Shown one piece after another: positions 50,861 to 64,000 of a stretch of DNA of 64,000 bases. A model generated the notes under the pieces. The model was not told where the DNA came from and ran no database searches. It saw nothing but the letters and a program-made list of their open reading frames with translations. Origin of the DNA: Octopus vulgaris (lineage: Eukaryota); NCBI GenBank assembly GCA_951406725.2, contig OX597814.1, forward strand, positions 92,566,001-92,630,000, written 5' to 3'. The first letter of the stretch is position 1. Every line of letters starts with the position of its first letter. The position numbers and the translations under genes were made by a program.

Positions 50861-52319
50861 TATCATTCTCAAGAAAATGTGTCAAGTTAAACCTCATATG
50901 ACCCTTAAATGGCAAAGAATCTTGGTTAGTAGGAGTGGCTGTGTGATAAGTAGTTAGCTTACCAACCACATGGTTCCAGGTTCAGTCCCACTGCATGGTA
51001 CCTTGGGCAAGTGTCTTCTACTATAGCCTCGGACCAACCAAAGCCTTGTGAGTGGATTTGGTAGACAGAAACTGAAAGAAGCCCATCGTATGTATATGTA
51101 TGTGTGTGTATATGTTTGTGTGTCTGTATTTTCACCCCCACCCCCAATCACTCGACAGCCGATGCTGGTATGTTTACATCCCCGTAACTTAGCGGTTCAG
51201 CAAAAAGAGACCGATAGAATAAGTACTAGGCTTACAAAGAATAAGTCCTGGGGTCGATTTGCTCGACTAAAGGCAGTGCTCCAGCATGGCCGCAGTCAAA
51301 TGACTGAAACAAGTAAAAGAGTAAAATAGGTCTTAAATTAAAAATAATCACTAGGGCTCTACATGCTAAGATATATAACTGAGAATACTGCCATACTTGT
51401 TTTTAAAACACAAACCTACATAATGACTGCATTACTCCTCACAAATAATATTTATTCTAAATTCTTATATATATTTAATTGACCCCAACTAATCCTACTC
51501 CCACCCCCCACATACAAGTACAAACAGCTGTTACTCCTAAGCAACGGTGGCTTGGTAACAAGTACTATGTTTTCATGAATTATTTTAGGTGCCTAAACTG
51601 TCAAGAACAGATGTAGTCACCTTCTTGGTCCTCCCACTCAACCCAACAGAACATCCAAAATGAATGAATGACAGAGAGAGGGGGGGGCGGGAGAGATGCA
51701 TCGGCAACCTGGTTGGTGCTTATTTACAGCTAAGTAGACTGGTACTATGGGAAAAAAATGAAATGTCTTACTCAAGGATACAACATATCATCTAGTCCAG
51801 GAATTGAACTCAGGGCTTTATAATCGTGAACCAAACACCTCTAACCATTAGACCACATATTCCCTCCATCATAATTATTTCAACTTTTTTCTACTATAGC
51901 AAGCACAGGGTCTGAAATTTGGGTGAGGTGGGGAATAGTCAATTACATCAACCCCAAAGTTCAACTGGTGCTTATATTATCAAACCCGAAAGAATGAAAG
52001 GCAAAGTCAATCTTGGCAGCATTTGAATTCAGAACCAAAAAAAATGTTAACTTTTTAGCATTTAAACTGGCCAAATCCTGCTCAAATATTCTACATCTTT
52101 TACATTCAAACTGGCCATACCCGATCTCTCACACCTGACCTACACTAACATTCTAAAAAGAAACAGGTGCAGCCATGGCTGTGTGATAAGAAGCTTACTT
52201 CCCAACCAAATGGTTCTGGGTTCAGCCCCACCTTGGACAAATGTTTTCTACTATAGCCCTGGGCCAAGCAAAGCCTTGAAAGTGGATTTGCTAGATGGAA
52301 ACTAAAAGAAGTCCATGTA

Positions 52320-52373
<54 letters not shown>

Positions 52374-53398
52374 CTCCCTCCCCACCACCACCATCACTTG
52401 GCAGCTGATATTGGTGTGTTTATGTCCCCATAACTTAGCAGTTTGGCAAAAGAGGCCAATAGAATAATTACTAAGCTTACAAATAATAAGCCCTGAGCCG
52501 ATTTCTTAAACTAAAAGCCAATTTAAAGTGAGCTCCAGCATGGATACAGTCAAATGACTGAAACAAGTAAAAGAAAGACTAAATAAATGAAAGAATTATA
52601 TCATCGAACCCTCAAAGCTATGAGAAACATAATTAATTCAAAACAATTTGAATTAAAAAGCATTACATTTGACAGAGTAATTAGAATACTAAAGGGTTAA
52701 GCATTTTGTCCAATACAGTAAAGATTATGCCAGCTCAATCAATGTTAGTCTAACTTTGATGGTATTTCAACTTCTAACTTATAGTCACTGTTAGGTTGTA
52801 TGCTTTTTCCATGTGATGTTTAGACTGGCTTATAACATACAGATACAAATGTTAGCAAGCCTTGCTTCCAAGTGTTTAGTACCTGTTGAAGTTATAGATT
52901 TGTACAGTATCATTGATTCCACAATGACAGAGAAGTTGTTTCTCTAATGATAATCAGAAAATGGTATCTTCAGTCACAAGAACAGTCACAAGATGTATTT
53001 TTCCATCCTTTTCTGTGGATGCAAAGTTACTTCTGAAATACACAAAGAAGTCTATAGACTTTGATTACACCCTCCTAATTAAGAGATGTATTCAGTTTTT
53101 GAATCAATAACATACAAACCAATATCTTCTGCCACTTTTTCAAGGTCATGTAGAAGAGTTGTAGCTTCTGTCTGTGATGATAGCAATATGATTAGCATAA
53201 TCAGTGTCTGTTAATGCTGCCATAGTTGAGACAAGGGAGGGTAGATTTTGTTAGAAATGAGCTAAGTTTTTTAATATTTTCAACTGAAGTGTGAAGGATG
53301 TAGTGCAGACAGATGATAAATAGGAATGGCCTTGCAAGATGCCAGCATTTATGTCAAAGCAGTCAATGTTCTAGAAGATGGTTATTATGGCTACTACT

Positions 53399-53436
<38 letters not shown>

Positions 53437-54949
53437 CTGAGGTACACCACAAAAAAGAATTTGCTCCTATTTGCATCAGTGGGTAAAGTCAAAAGCTTTT
53501 GAGAAGTCTACAAACAGTAAAACTACTTACAGAATTTTAGCTCTGACTTGCACAATTATTCCCCTGTTAAGATCAATTCAATTCCAAATCAAATATTTTT
53601 TTATTTGTATTTTTTTAAGACCTTCATAATTTCTAGTTAACAATAATCTGTTGTATATTTTTGGAGTAGATGCTTTAAAAGTAATTCTTTAGTCATGTCT
53701 AAATTTCCATTCTTGGAGAATGGGAGAATACAACTTTCTCAGTTGGCTTTTGATTCTATGCTGCATTACAGTTGGTAGGAACAATTCCAGAACCTTCTTA
53801 GTAATCCCCTAGCAATGTCAGAGAGACATCTAGGAACAATTATTAAACATGATTATCATATGAGACTTGATGATTTCACATTTGATCAGCTTAATGAAGT
53901 ACTGAAAAGAACAAAAAGCAGGAAGGCAATTTGACTTGATGATATCATCCTGCAGTCTTTTTCTGAAGTATGAAAAATAACAATAAATCAAATAAAAATA
54001 TAAAAACTGTTTTCTTCCATTTGAGCTAAAATTATCCTTCTTAAATTAATGCATGACACATTATGGGCACACATGCAATAGTATAGCTAGAGTTTGTGTT
54101 GCTTGAGACTGAATAATACTATACTACGTATCACAACCACCTGTTTGTTCTATAACATGGTACATATCAAGTCTATTTTGCACATATGTTTATTTGAGTT
54201 GCAGGTGATCAAATGGTTAGCCAGATTCCTGAAGTTAGTATTACAAATAGGTCATTTGCATCACAGAAACTTGTTCTTCTTTCATTCTTCATACCATAGT
54301 CTCTAGTCTCCTGAGTAATAATCCTGTTAATGTCCTGCATATTTAAATTATCAGCTATGATAATGAATTCACAATCATTTCATTATCAAGGTCAATAAGA
54401 GAACCTCAAAGAACAGGTCCTTTGGGGTATGAACCAGTTAGGATTGACAGATGAGCAAAGATCACAATTGCTGTTAGATTGTCTTTGATTGACTAGATAA
54501 AACTAAACTACTTCATCACATACTCTAATTATCTCACTTATTTTATATATACATTTTCCTGCCAACAAAATGTATCATCCTCCATCCATTCCAATGTTGT
54601 AATCTATATGGTACAAATGTAATTCTCCATACACTACCATTAAAAAAGAACAAAAAGGATTGGCTATAGAAATAACTTGTATCTATGACTTTAAATTACA
54701 ACTAATTTCAAACCTTTAACCTTTAAGCATTCAGATTACTCTGTCAAAAGTAATGCTTATTTATTTACATTGTTTTCAATTGATTATGTGTTGTATTGTA
54801 GCATTGAGATTGTGATGATGTGACTGTTTACGTTTAGGATGATATTGTAGAATATGTATGAGAAGTTGGATCCGACTGGTTTGAACATAAAACAAGTAAA
54901 ATATTTGGGCCTGATATGACCATCATTTAATGTCTGTTTCCCATGCTGG

Positions 54950-55495
54950 CATCATCATCATCATCATTGTTTAACGTCCACTTTCCATGCTAGCATGGGT
55001 TGGACGATTTGACTGAAGGCTGGTGAACCAGATGGCTGCACCAGGCTCCAGTGTTGATCTGGCAGAGTTTCTACAACTAGATGCCCTTCCTAATGCCAAC
55101 CACTCTGAGAGTGTAGTGGGTGCTTTTACATATCACTGGCATGGGGGCCAGTCAGGCGATACTGGCAATGACCTCGCTTGAATGTTTTTACAAGTACCAC
55201 CGGCACAAGTGCTAGTAAGGCAACGCTGGTGATGATCACGTTCAAACGGTGCCCTTTTACGTACCACCGACATGGAGCCAGTTAGCCGCCCTAGCAACGG
55301 ATGATGCTCGGATGGTGCTCTTAGCACCCTACTAGCATGGGGTGCAAGTGCCAGCAAGGCGACGCTGGTAACGATCACACTTGAATGGTGCCTTTTATGT
55401 GCCACTGGCACAGAAGCCAGTTAGCTGCTCTGTCAACGATCACACTCGTATGGTGCTCTTTGCACCCCGCTAGCACAGATGCCAGTCATCAAATT
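54950..55495 (-). mobile_element. RTE 3'-UTR derivative with diverged units
   Basis: Reverse complement of the LINE tail; (ATC)n at ~54950. Confidence 0.82.
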
Positions 55496-56697
55496 TGTAA
55501 CAGACAATTTGATAGAGCCTGGCTAGACAGAAAACTGCACCATGCTTCACTGTCTGTTACAGCCAGTTTAAATGCAAAAGGGTTAAACAAAGAGCCAAAC
55601 TGTAGTTGGTAAAATACCATACAGAGTATTCTTTGTTTGCATCTTTTCATTTTTATCTTTCTTTTCATCTACTTTTGCAGGAAAAGAAAGAAAAGAAACC
55701 AAACTGTTATTCTAGATTAAGAAAAAAGAAAATGCTTAACTTATAAATTCTTCCTTTAGACTACTACAACAGGAAAACAAAAGAATAATTTTATTTGCTA
55801 TCGGAAGAGAATATGATTAGGGACGAAGCCCTAGTTACACGTAAGATAACATTCACTAAAGTTTTGTGGAAGTACAAGTTTAAAACAAATAACACTAAAA
55901 AATATTTTTTCACAAATTGCCAAACTGATGATGTCAAAGAAATAAATTTAGAAATAGAAATAAAATAGATAAAAACATTATACACTAAAATAAAGATAAC
56001 AAATGGTATGCTGATAATTAAAAATAGTTCCACCAATACTCTACAAAATGTAACCTAATTCTGACAGTTTATTTATTTACTATTTCTTTTTATTAGATTT
56101 TTGTTGTTTATTTTTATTTTACAGAATGTTAGTTTCATCATTTATAGGAAGTGTTTAGAATTTAAGCTATAAATACATCCACATTTATGATTCTAAGTTC
56201 TATAAGACATTACACACCAACACGTTTGTGTACTCAATTTTATAAATATATATGTTTATATCTATGTGTGTGTATTAGTACATATGTGTATGTGTGTACA
56301 TTGTACAAGCATGTGTGTGTGTGTGTGTGTGCACTTGTGTTTATGTGAATGTATAATTGGGGGTGGGGCTATAGATAAACTTAAGCTAGATATATATATT
56401 CGTGTTTATATTGTAAGTTACAAACAAAATTAGCACATAGGTATTTTCAAGAAGGGCTATATAGAAATTCAAATTAACTAAAAAAGTTATGTGGTGGAGG
56501 GAGAAAGAGAGAGTGTAGGTATGCATGTATTTTCAAGAATGTATGTGTGTGTGTCTGTCTGTGCAAGACAATGTGTACAAATATGTATGCATAAGTGTGT
56601 GTCAGTGAATGAGCACATATTCTCCCTCACAAGTGCTCAATCACTCAAGCGCTTACCCAATCACACATGCAGGTGAGGATAATGAGTGAGTGACTAC

Positions 56698-58626
56698 ATG
56701 AATAAGAGGGGGCTGAGGACTGAACCTTGGTGGACCCCTACCTCTACCCGGAATTCTTCACTGTACTCGTTGCCAATCCTCACCATACTGATGGTGTTTC
56801 TGTACATGGCTCGCACAGCTCTCACTAACCATTCATCTATCCCTAGTTTCCTTATTGACCACCAGATAAGGGATTGGGAGACCCTGTCAAAGGCTTTCTC
56901 CATGTCAACGAAAGCCAGGTACAGAAGTTTATCTTTGGTTAGGTATTTCTCCTGCAGCTGTCTTATCAGAAATATGGCATCAGTAGTGCTTTTCCTTGGC
57001 ACGAACCAAAACTGCATCTCATCTAAACTGACTTTCTCACTAATTAGTTGGGCTATGACCCTCTCCGTGACCTTCATTACCTGATCCAATAACTTGATAC
57101 CTCTGTAATTATTTGTATCTAAAGCATCACCTTTACCTTTGTAGCAGTTGACTATGGTGCTGCTACACCAGTCATTGGGTATGACTCTTTCATGTGACTA
57201 GGCTATAGCCGACACTGCCAGATATTTTGAGCATCTCTGCATTGATTCTTGATGGGCCGGGGGCTTTCGCTGTCTTCATACTCTTGATTACTTTATCTAA
57301 CAAGGTACTGTCAATTCAGATAGCTGGTCCCTCTGTTGGGTCGACATTCAGCAGACTCTCTTTCTTCCATTCATTCTCTTTATTGAGCAACCTTTCATAG
57401 TGGCGTCTCCAAACCTCTCTCTTTGCAACCTCGTTTAGTGCAAGTGAACCATCATCCATGTAGACACATTTCTCTCCTACGGCATCATGATTCTCTCTCA
57501 CACACTGTCTTGCAACACGAATACTTCAAGTCCTTGGTCCTCATGGCACAGAACATTGGCAAATTTTTTCTTATCTGCTTCCCCTCTGGCTAAATAAATC
57601 TGTCTCCTAGCTTCCCTTGTGGCAGCCTGATACAATTCCCTGCTACCTCCGTTCTTCCAGTCCTTCCAAGCCTGTTTCTTTTCCTGTCAACCACATTGTT
57701 CCACCACCACGTTACCTTGGGTCGAGAGGGGACTTTGCACCATCCACAGATCTGGTCAGTGGCTCTCAGCAAGTTGTCCCGTAGAAACCTCCAGTTGTCT
57801 TCCACATTATGTGATGCTATATCCCCTTCTGTTTTGTCGAAGGCTTTGAGTAATATGTCTCTGTCCATTTGAAAGATCTTTAAGCTTCCAGACCCTTCTC
57901 CTCCAAGCTGGTCTTCTTCTGGGCATCCATTTAGCCCTGATCCCAAAGTCACTAACTACTAATCTATGTTGAAGGGTACATTCTTCGCCTGGGAAGGTTT
58001 TGGCATTTATAAGCAGCCCTATATCCCTTTTTCTGGTGAGGATGTAGTCAATTTGGCTAGTGTATCTGCCAGAACAGTAAGTGACTAGGTGACAGGCGGG
58101 TTTCCTGAAGTTGGTATTGCAAACCATAAGATCATTTGCATCGCAGAACTCCAGCAGTCTGGTTCCCTCCTCATTGCGGGAACCAAAACCACGGCCTCCA
58201 TGTACGTCATGGAAGCCCCCTGCATGTTGTCCAACATGTCCATTGAAATCACCAGCTACAAAGAGAAGGTCCCTGTCATTCATCAACAAGGTAGTCTGCA
58301 ATAGGGTGTCATAAAATCTTTCTTTCTGCCCATCCGGTAGCCCCGGTCGAGGGGCATAGGCTGAGATAATGGTAGCTAACCTATGGTGAAGCACTAATCT
58401 AATCTTAAGTATTCTATCACATACTCTGACTACCTCGATTACCTTATCAACCCATTTCTCCACAAGAAGTATACCCACGCCCCTGACCTCATCAGTGTTC
58501 CCTGGCTAGAAAATCATGTACCTAAGTTCTTTACCTGTGAGGAGCCTAGCGGAACTTCCTCTCCACCTTACTTCTTGGATGCAGCACAAATCTACATGTC
58601 CCCGTTCAAGCATCTCAACAATCTCA
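56698..58626 (-). pseudogene. Decayed RTE copy, APE plus N-terminal RT part
   Basis: Frameshifted ORFs (57807-58478, 57590-57952, 57316-57501, 56694-57089) are collinear with the intact ORF from EIVEMLE to SPLLF. Confidence 0.95.
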
Positions 58627-58636
58627 ATATATATAA

Positions 58637-58686
<50 letters not shown>

Positions 58687-59085
58687 GTAGGTTAGAGGAT
58701 GTATGAAAGTGCATGAATATGAAACCCAAACATCACATGTAATTGCTTGCCTTTTCTATCATCTAAGTCTTAAAGAAATCAATTATTATCTTGTAAGTCA
58801 GGCAAATCAATAATGGATCACATTGAATATATCATTGTTAGCATATAGATGTACAGTTTATTCTCTTTAACTTTCCCATTCCTAACATAAAAGCATCTGC
58901 TTCTCTGAACATAAAGCTAGCTAACCTCATACCCTCATCTTTCAGACATCACACCAAAAACTTAAACCAATTCTTCTGCTGTTCTTCCATCCCACCCAGA
59001 ATAGCCTTTCGTTCTGATATTTCTACCCTGTCAATGTTTCCCAACTAATGCTGGTGTGTTTACATCCCAGTAAATAAGCTACATT

Positions 59086-59116
<31 letters not shown>

Positions 59117-59137
59117 TTATACATTCATACATATACA

Positions 59138-60295
59138 TATCAAAGGAAGGCTAACTGGGAAGATTTGTGTGTGGCAAATACTCAGGGGTGATGAACACTG
59201 AAAATGTGCAGAAAACAGCTTCTGTCACATACCAGGGGGAAAATCTAGAAGTAGTTGATAGCTTCCGTTACCTAGTCAGTAGTGGGGGTGGATGCTCTGA
59301 GAGTGTAGCTGCTAGAATAAGAATAGTCTGGGCAAATTTCAGAGTGCTCCTACCTCTGCTGGTGACAAAGGGCCTCTTGTTCAGAGTGAAAGGTAAACTG
59401 TATGACTCATGTGCAAACAGCCATGCTACATGGCAGTGAAACATGGGCCGTGACTGCTAAGGACATGGGTAAGCTTGCAAGAAATGAAGCTAGTATGTTC
59501 CACTGGATGTGTAATGTTAGCGTGTATACATGACAGAGTGTAAGTGCCCTGAGAAAAATGTTGGACATAAGAAGCATCAGATGTGGTGTGCAAGAGAGAC
59601 GACTATGCTAGTATGGTCATGTGTTGCATATGGATGAGAACAGCTGTATGAAAAAGCATCACACCCTAGCAGTAGAGGGAACCTGTGGAAGAGGTAGACC
59701 CAGGAAGACCTGGGATGAGGTGGTGAAGCACGACCTTCAAATGTTGGACCTCACGGAGGTGATGACAAGTGACCGAGACCTTTGGAGATATGCTGTACTT
59801 GAGAAGACCCAGCAAGCCAATTGAGATCGTAACCATGGCCTATGCCAGTGCAACATAACTGGCCCATTTAAGAGTGCCATTCAATCATTGGGCAATAAAC
59901 TGTGCGTGCAAAGATCTGTTTAGTCAAGTGAAGTCATTGTCATGGCCGATGCCAGTACCACCTGACTGGCTCCTGTGCTGGTGGAATGTAAAAAGCACAA
60001 TTCAAGTGTGGTTGTTGCCAGTGCTGCCAAACTGGATCCTATACTGCCGGCATGTAAAAAGCACCATTCAAATGTGGTCGATAATAGTACCGCCTAACTG
60101 ACCATCGTGCCGATGGTACATAAAAAGCACTTACTACACTCTCGGAGTGGTTGGCGTTAGGAAGGGCCTCCAGCTGTAGGAACCTTGCCAGATCAGATTG
60201 TAGCCTGGTACAGCCTTCTAATTTGCCACTCCTCAAACCATCCAACCCATGCCAGCATGGAAAGCAGATGTCAAACGACGATGATGATGATGATA
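59138..60295 (+). pseudogene. Decayed RTE copy, C-terminal part plus 3' UTR and (GAT)n tail
   Basis: LEVVDSFRYL and GTCGRGRPRKTWDEVVKHDL with stops and frameshifts; ~3 diverged 3' units. Confidence 0.93.
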
Positions 60296-61961
60296 TATAT
60301 ATAAGAAAAATAGAAAATGGAGACAAATGCTCAAGATGTTATTTAATCATTTGTATCTTCATATCTCCTACATATATTTCGATGGATACATCCAAAATGC
60401 ATCCGACAAGATGGATAATGCTCAGCTATGCATCAATCTCTTCAGGGAGGATATAAATAACAGTACTCATCAAATAGACATTTTAACATATATGAAACCC
60501 CAGAAAATGTGATATATAAATATGGATATGCAAACACATACACACGTCTTGCTTGTTCAAATCCCATACAAGTGTGTCCATTGTTTCCTAGGACACTTAA
60601 ACAAAATTTAGCTACCTTGGAATTATTCCCTCGGATCCTTCCTATATATTCTACACACACACACACATACACATGTATGCATATGATTTTTCAAGCTGGT
60701 AATATCAATATGGTGTATTAGCTACTCAGCATGAGGTTTAAATTAACACACATAGTTTGTAAAAGACAAAGAGCATGTGTTCATGTAAAATGTCACTTAC
60801 CTCATACAGTTAGTAAGCCATCATGTTGATATTACCAGCAAAAGAAATAGCAAAATGAATTCAATATTCTGACCAGGAAACCTTGTGAAGCAGAATTCAA
60901 ATGGTTTTTGTGTGGTTTTTATTAATAATAATTCTTTCTGCAATAGGTATAAGGCCTGAAAATTGTGGAGAGAAGGCGAGTTGATTGCCTTGAGCCCAGT
61001 GCTCAACTGTCTTATTTTAATGACCCTTAAAGGATGAACTACAAAATCAACCTCAGTGCAATTGGAACTCAGAGCATAAAGATGGACAAAATGCTTAGCA
61101 GCATTTTGTCCAGCATGCTAATGATTCTGCCAGCTCTCCACCTTATTTTTATTATTATGAAGAAGAAGAAGAAGAAGAAGAAGAAGAAGAAGAAGAAGAA
61201 AAAGAAGGACGTTATATAGACCTCTTTGACTCAAGTTAGAGAAGGTTTTTCAGAGGTACAGCCCCCTAAAAATCCCCTGCGTATTATACTCAAGGGCGGA
61301 CTATACTCAAGGATTTATGGTACTTATGTGGCACAGACAGAAACAGTTGGGGCAAATTTTCTATGGCTCGATGCCAACGCTTACCTAGTTCCAGGTAATG
61401 AAATACTTTCCCATGGGTGGGCGTGTTTTCACAGAAGATTGGAAACAAAGAAAACCACTTGTATGATGGTGACACTTACAACAATCATACAAAGGCAAGA
61501 CAAAGAAATATCAAGTCTCACACACACATAAATGCACACCTACATACATACAACAAGCTTCTTTCAATTTCCCTCTACTGAATCCATTCACAAGGCTTTG
61601 GTCAGCCCAGGGCTTTGACATTCCAGCGACATCAGAGCTATATAGTAAATAATTGGTTAAATATTCTAAATACTTTACTTATTGTTCTGTTGTGTCTGGG
61701 GAGAGTCATTCTCTTTTAGTACCTTATTATTTAACACACTCGCTGGTAAAATTTCCACTTATTTTATCTTTTTATTTTCCTAAAATTTTCGTTGTGTCTT
61801 GCAACCTTTTCAAAAGTCTTTACTTATTGTTTTTTTCTTTTTCCTGTTAGAAAACACTTTTTCAAGATGCCACACAGCAGGATTGAACCCAGGACCAAGT
61901 GGTTGGAAAGCAAGCTTCTTAACCACGCAGCCATGCTTGTACCTATATCCGTGTGTGTGTT

Positions 61962-62028
<67 letters not shown>

Positions 62029-62652
62029 ATATAAATGTAATATGATGGCAGAATCAATAAATTGTGAGAAAAAAATACTTAGTTTGAGTTACATCATTTT
62101 ACATTCTGAAATTCAAATGCCACCGTAAGTCCACTTCAGCTTTCATCCTTAGAGGTCAGAAAATAAATAAGTACCAGTCAATAAAATAAGTGTTGATATA
62201 TATATTATATACACAAATGAATCAATTATAAAAATGTATTGATCAAATTGTATTGGGTGAAAAAATGCTTTAACAGGAAAAAGAAAAACACAATAAGTAG
62301 AAGTGTTTAAAATATTTAACCTATTATTTACTATGTGGCTCTGATGTCTCTGGAATGTCAAAGTCCTGTTATTTGCAAAGCAAGTTTATTGATAATAATA
62401 TGAATAAATCCAACTATCGAATAATTGTATAACAAGTCATAGTGCTCACTCACTCTCTCTCTTGCTCTCCCTCACTGTGTGTATGTGTGTGTGCATGTAT
62501 ATATACATATATATAAATATATGTATGTATGCATAAGTTAAGCTTATGACAAATATAATCCAGTGGCTACTTAAACAATTACACCACATGACCTATGTAA
62601 AATAACTAACAAAATGAATGAATGATTGCACTAATGACTGCCTCTATCTGTA

Positions 62653-62705
<53 letters not shown>

Positions 62706-64000
62706 AGCTGTATGTGTGAATCTATCTGTGTGTCTCTCTCAGGAATGGCAATGTTCAGTCAAGAGTAGCAAGCAACTAATAGAGGGAACTTTAAATAGTA
62801 ATGCTACCAAATGCTAAAGATAGTTAGTTACTAGTACTGAAATCAATGAGGTATGTATACATACACTTTCTTTCTTTCCCTCTCAAACACATACACACAT
62901 ACACACAGAAAGCAAACAAGAGCACACACACACACACACACACACATAGCCAACAAGACACATGCACAGCCAAAAAGACACACACACACAACCAAAAAGA
63001 CACACACACACACACAGCCAAAAAGACACACACACAGCCAAAAGAACACACATACACACACACACAACACACAACAAAACACATAGCCACTAAGACACAC
63101 ACAGCCAACAAGAAACAAAGTTAACATCAGAGCCAGATCCACTGGTAACCTATTTTTTTATGCCATTCACTAGGCTCTCACTTTAGGGAAATGTCTTCAA
63201 CTATGTCTAACATGCAAATCTATCAAATCTTCCTGCCTATGATCTCTACCTATTTCTCATTCTTTGGGTCAGGGTCTTCCTATCCGATTGCATCATAACA
63301 GGAAGTGTTGACAGAACTCTTCCTACTCCACTTTGAATAAACTCTGGGGGTATTTAAAGTTCAATGATAGAAGAAGAAAGTGAGAGAGGCCACGTCCAAC
63401 AATGCCCATTCTATAATGGCTTTTGTTCCTCAGAGATGGCCGATCTCATACTTCAATCACTTAGGCACCCTTCATCCATTCATTTTTTTCACCTCCCATC
63501 ACCCTTAGTGCATTCAACACCCTCAGCTTTTCACTATTATTCCCAGTTATTTCTGTGTAAAACTTTGGTCTTCTGGAATCTCCTCTCTGCTTAAGCCTTT
63601 ACTGCAAGTGTTGACCTGCAACAGTATGTTAAATTAATAACATCAACCCTACTAGTCTCAGAGAGCCTGAAAAAGTCATAGGCGAGGTTCCATCATTCAG
63701 ACTTAAACACCAAAGTGTCTTTCTGCTGATTTATTTCAGTACTGCATGAAACTATTTCAGCAAAATATGTTTACATTCTCTATTAACAGGTCAATCATCT
63801 TGTGTCTTCATTTTCAAAGATAAGTAGAAAGAAAAAAACCTTTACTTGAAAACAAGTAAGTGGGTAAGTTTTAGTGACAGAAAGGATATTTAACTGTAAA
63901 ATAATGACACAATAATAAGTGTTAATCCAACCCATGCTAGCATGGAAAAGTGAATAAAAAGACAGACATGCATTTATAAACAAGAACACACATTCATGTG

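Noticed and set aside
61775-61825. Possible further hammerhead remnant on the minus strand (TTGAAAA-ggttg...caac-GAAA)
   Set aside because: Core too degenerate and stems I and III not supportable.
62824-63142. Val/Cys- or Thr/His-rich ORFs here and at 37.5-38.9, 45.3-45.7 and 61.8-62.1 kb
   Set aside because: Translations of (CA)n/(TA)n microsatellites.

Overview
AT-rich, microsatellite- and SINE-dense eukaryotic DNA. The repeat families look like coleoid cephalopod (octopus) repeats; this is inference from recall. Nearly all listed ORFs are spurious. The window holds part of one host gene on the minus strand: four exons (30727-30750, 29189-29344, 19268-19432, 13612-13766) of an EF-hand-bearing rhomboid intramembrane protease (RHBDL1/3, Rhomboid-4 type). 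Its first coding exon and catalytic exons were not found. One intron holds an apparently intact, antisense ~6.4 kb RTE-type LINE (21866-28260). It has ~3 tandem ~650-bp 5' monomers, each with CCAAT and TATA; a single APE-RT ORF with an inserted C4HC3 (PHD-type) finger; a 3' array of ~12 ~62-bp units that can each fold as an H-type pseudoknot; and a (GAT)n tail. The same intron has a well-formed type I hammerhead ribozyme motif in the host-gene sense. The rest is a second rearranged RTE copy, CR1 3' ends, tRNA-derived SINEs, Tc1/mariner, pogo, piggyBac-like and Helitron relics, palindromic hammerhead-bearing repeats and a foldback element carrying a minisatellite.
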